Below are positions 63,623-64,000 of a stretch of 64,000 nucleotides of DNA, one piece after another (the stretch's first letter is position 1; each line of letters begins with the position of its first letter). The position numbers and the translations under genes were made by a program. Origin of the DNA: Chlorokybus atmophyticus (lineage: Eukaryota; Plantae; Mesostigma and Chlorokybus algae); the NCBI GenBank assembly GCA_009103225.1, contig RHPI01003533.1, positions 244,713-308,712 on the forward strand. The letters run 5' to 3'. The notes beneath the pieces were generated by a model that worked only from the letters and a program-made list of their open reading frames with translations, was not told where the DNA came from and ran no database searches.

Positions 63623-64000
63623 GGTGCCACGCCATCAGGGGGTGTCCGATTGGCTGTGCTTGGGCACACTGCAGGGCAACGGGTTGTTAGCTCAATAATG
63701 CATACCACTGCGTGCGCGTGCAGCAAGCAAGCAAACATGCAGATGCCCACGTGCCAACCCCGACACCGGCCGACTCTGACACATGCCGACGCCTACGCCG
63801 ACACGCCTTCGCATTGTCACAAGCACACACGCAGATACATACGCATATTGGCTCAAGCAGATGCGGGTGCAACGTAAGCTCACGCATGCGCACGCATTGC
63901 GTGCGCACACGCACGCAGTCACAAGTTTGTACACTGTTTGACTGACATATGCGCGCCTCAGGTGTGCTTTTGTGCGCATGGTGCTTAAGCACCATGCGCA

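Overview
Eukaryotic, intron-rich DNA of about 50% GC, most consistent with a flagellated green alga. This is inferred from a plant-type tRNA-iMet primer site, UNC119 and SPEF1-like ciliary genes, and Chlamys-like Penelope remnants. Three host genes can be assembled exon by exon: UNC119 (24099-26288, +), MCCC2 (30575-34478, +) and a plastid-type SAM methyltransferase (35221-37127, -). Weaker gene fragments include SPEF1-like, Pro-rich and GCR1_C-like sequences. The rest is largely mobile DNA: a full-length chromodomain Ty3/gypsy element (2250-8314, TSD CAGGA) and its solo LTR (27962-28629), a second full-length non-chromo Ty3/gypsy element (8713-18088, -, TSD ACCA), two decayed Penelope-like RT elements, a TA-flanked MITE, a TRIM-like element in a (GA)n tract, and a gypsy graveyard at 55.8-60.4 kb that includes a PHD-finger integrase. 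The most unusual observation is the terminal architecture of the second gypsy element. Its 5' LTR lacks the terminal CACA, while an 11-nt copy of that LTR end plus a 2-nt spacer sits between the PPT and the 3' LTR, forming a pre-built LTR-LTR junction. This suggests that the integrated ends are made through a circular intermediate. The same element carries about 2.7 kb of accessory coding sequence with an apparent in-frame spliceosomal intron and an RS-rich segment. All protein identifications are by eye from motifs; no database searches or folding calculations were run.
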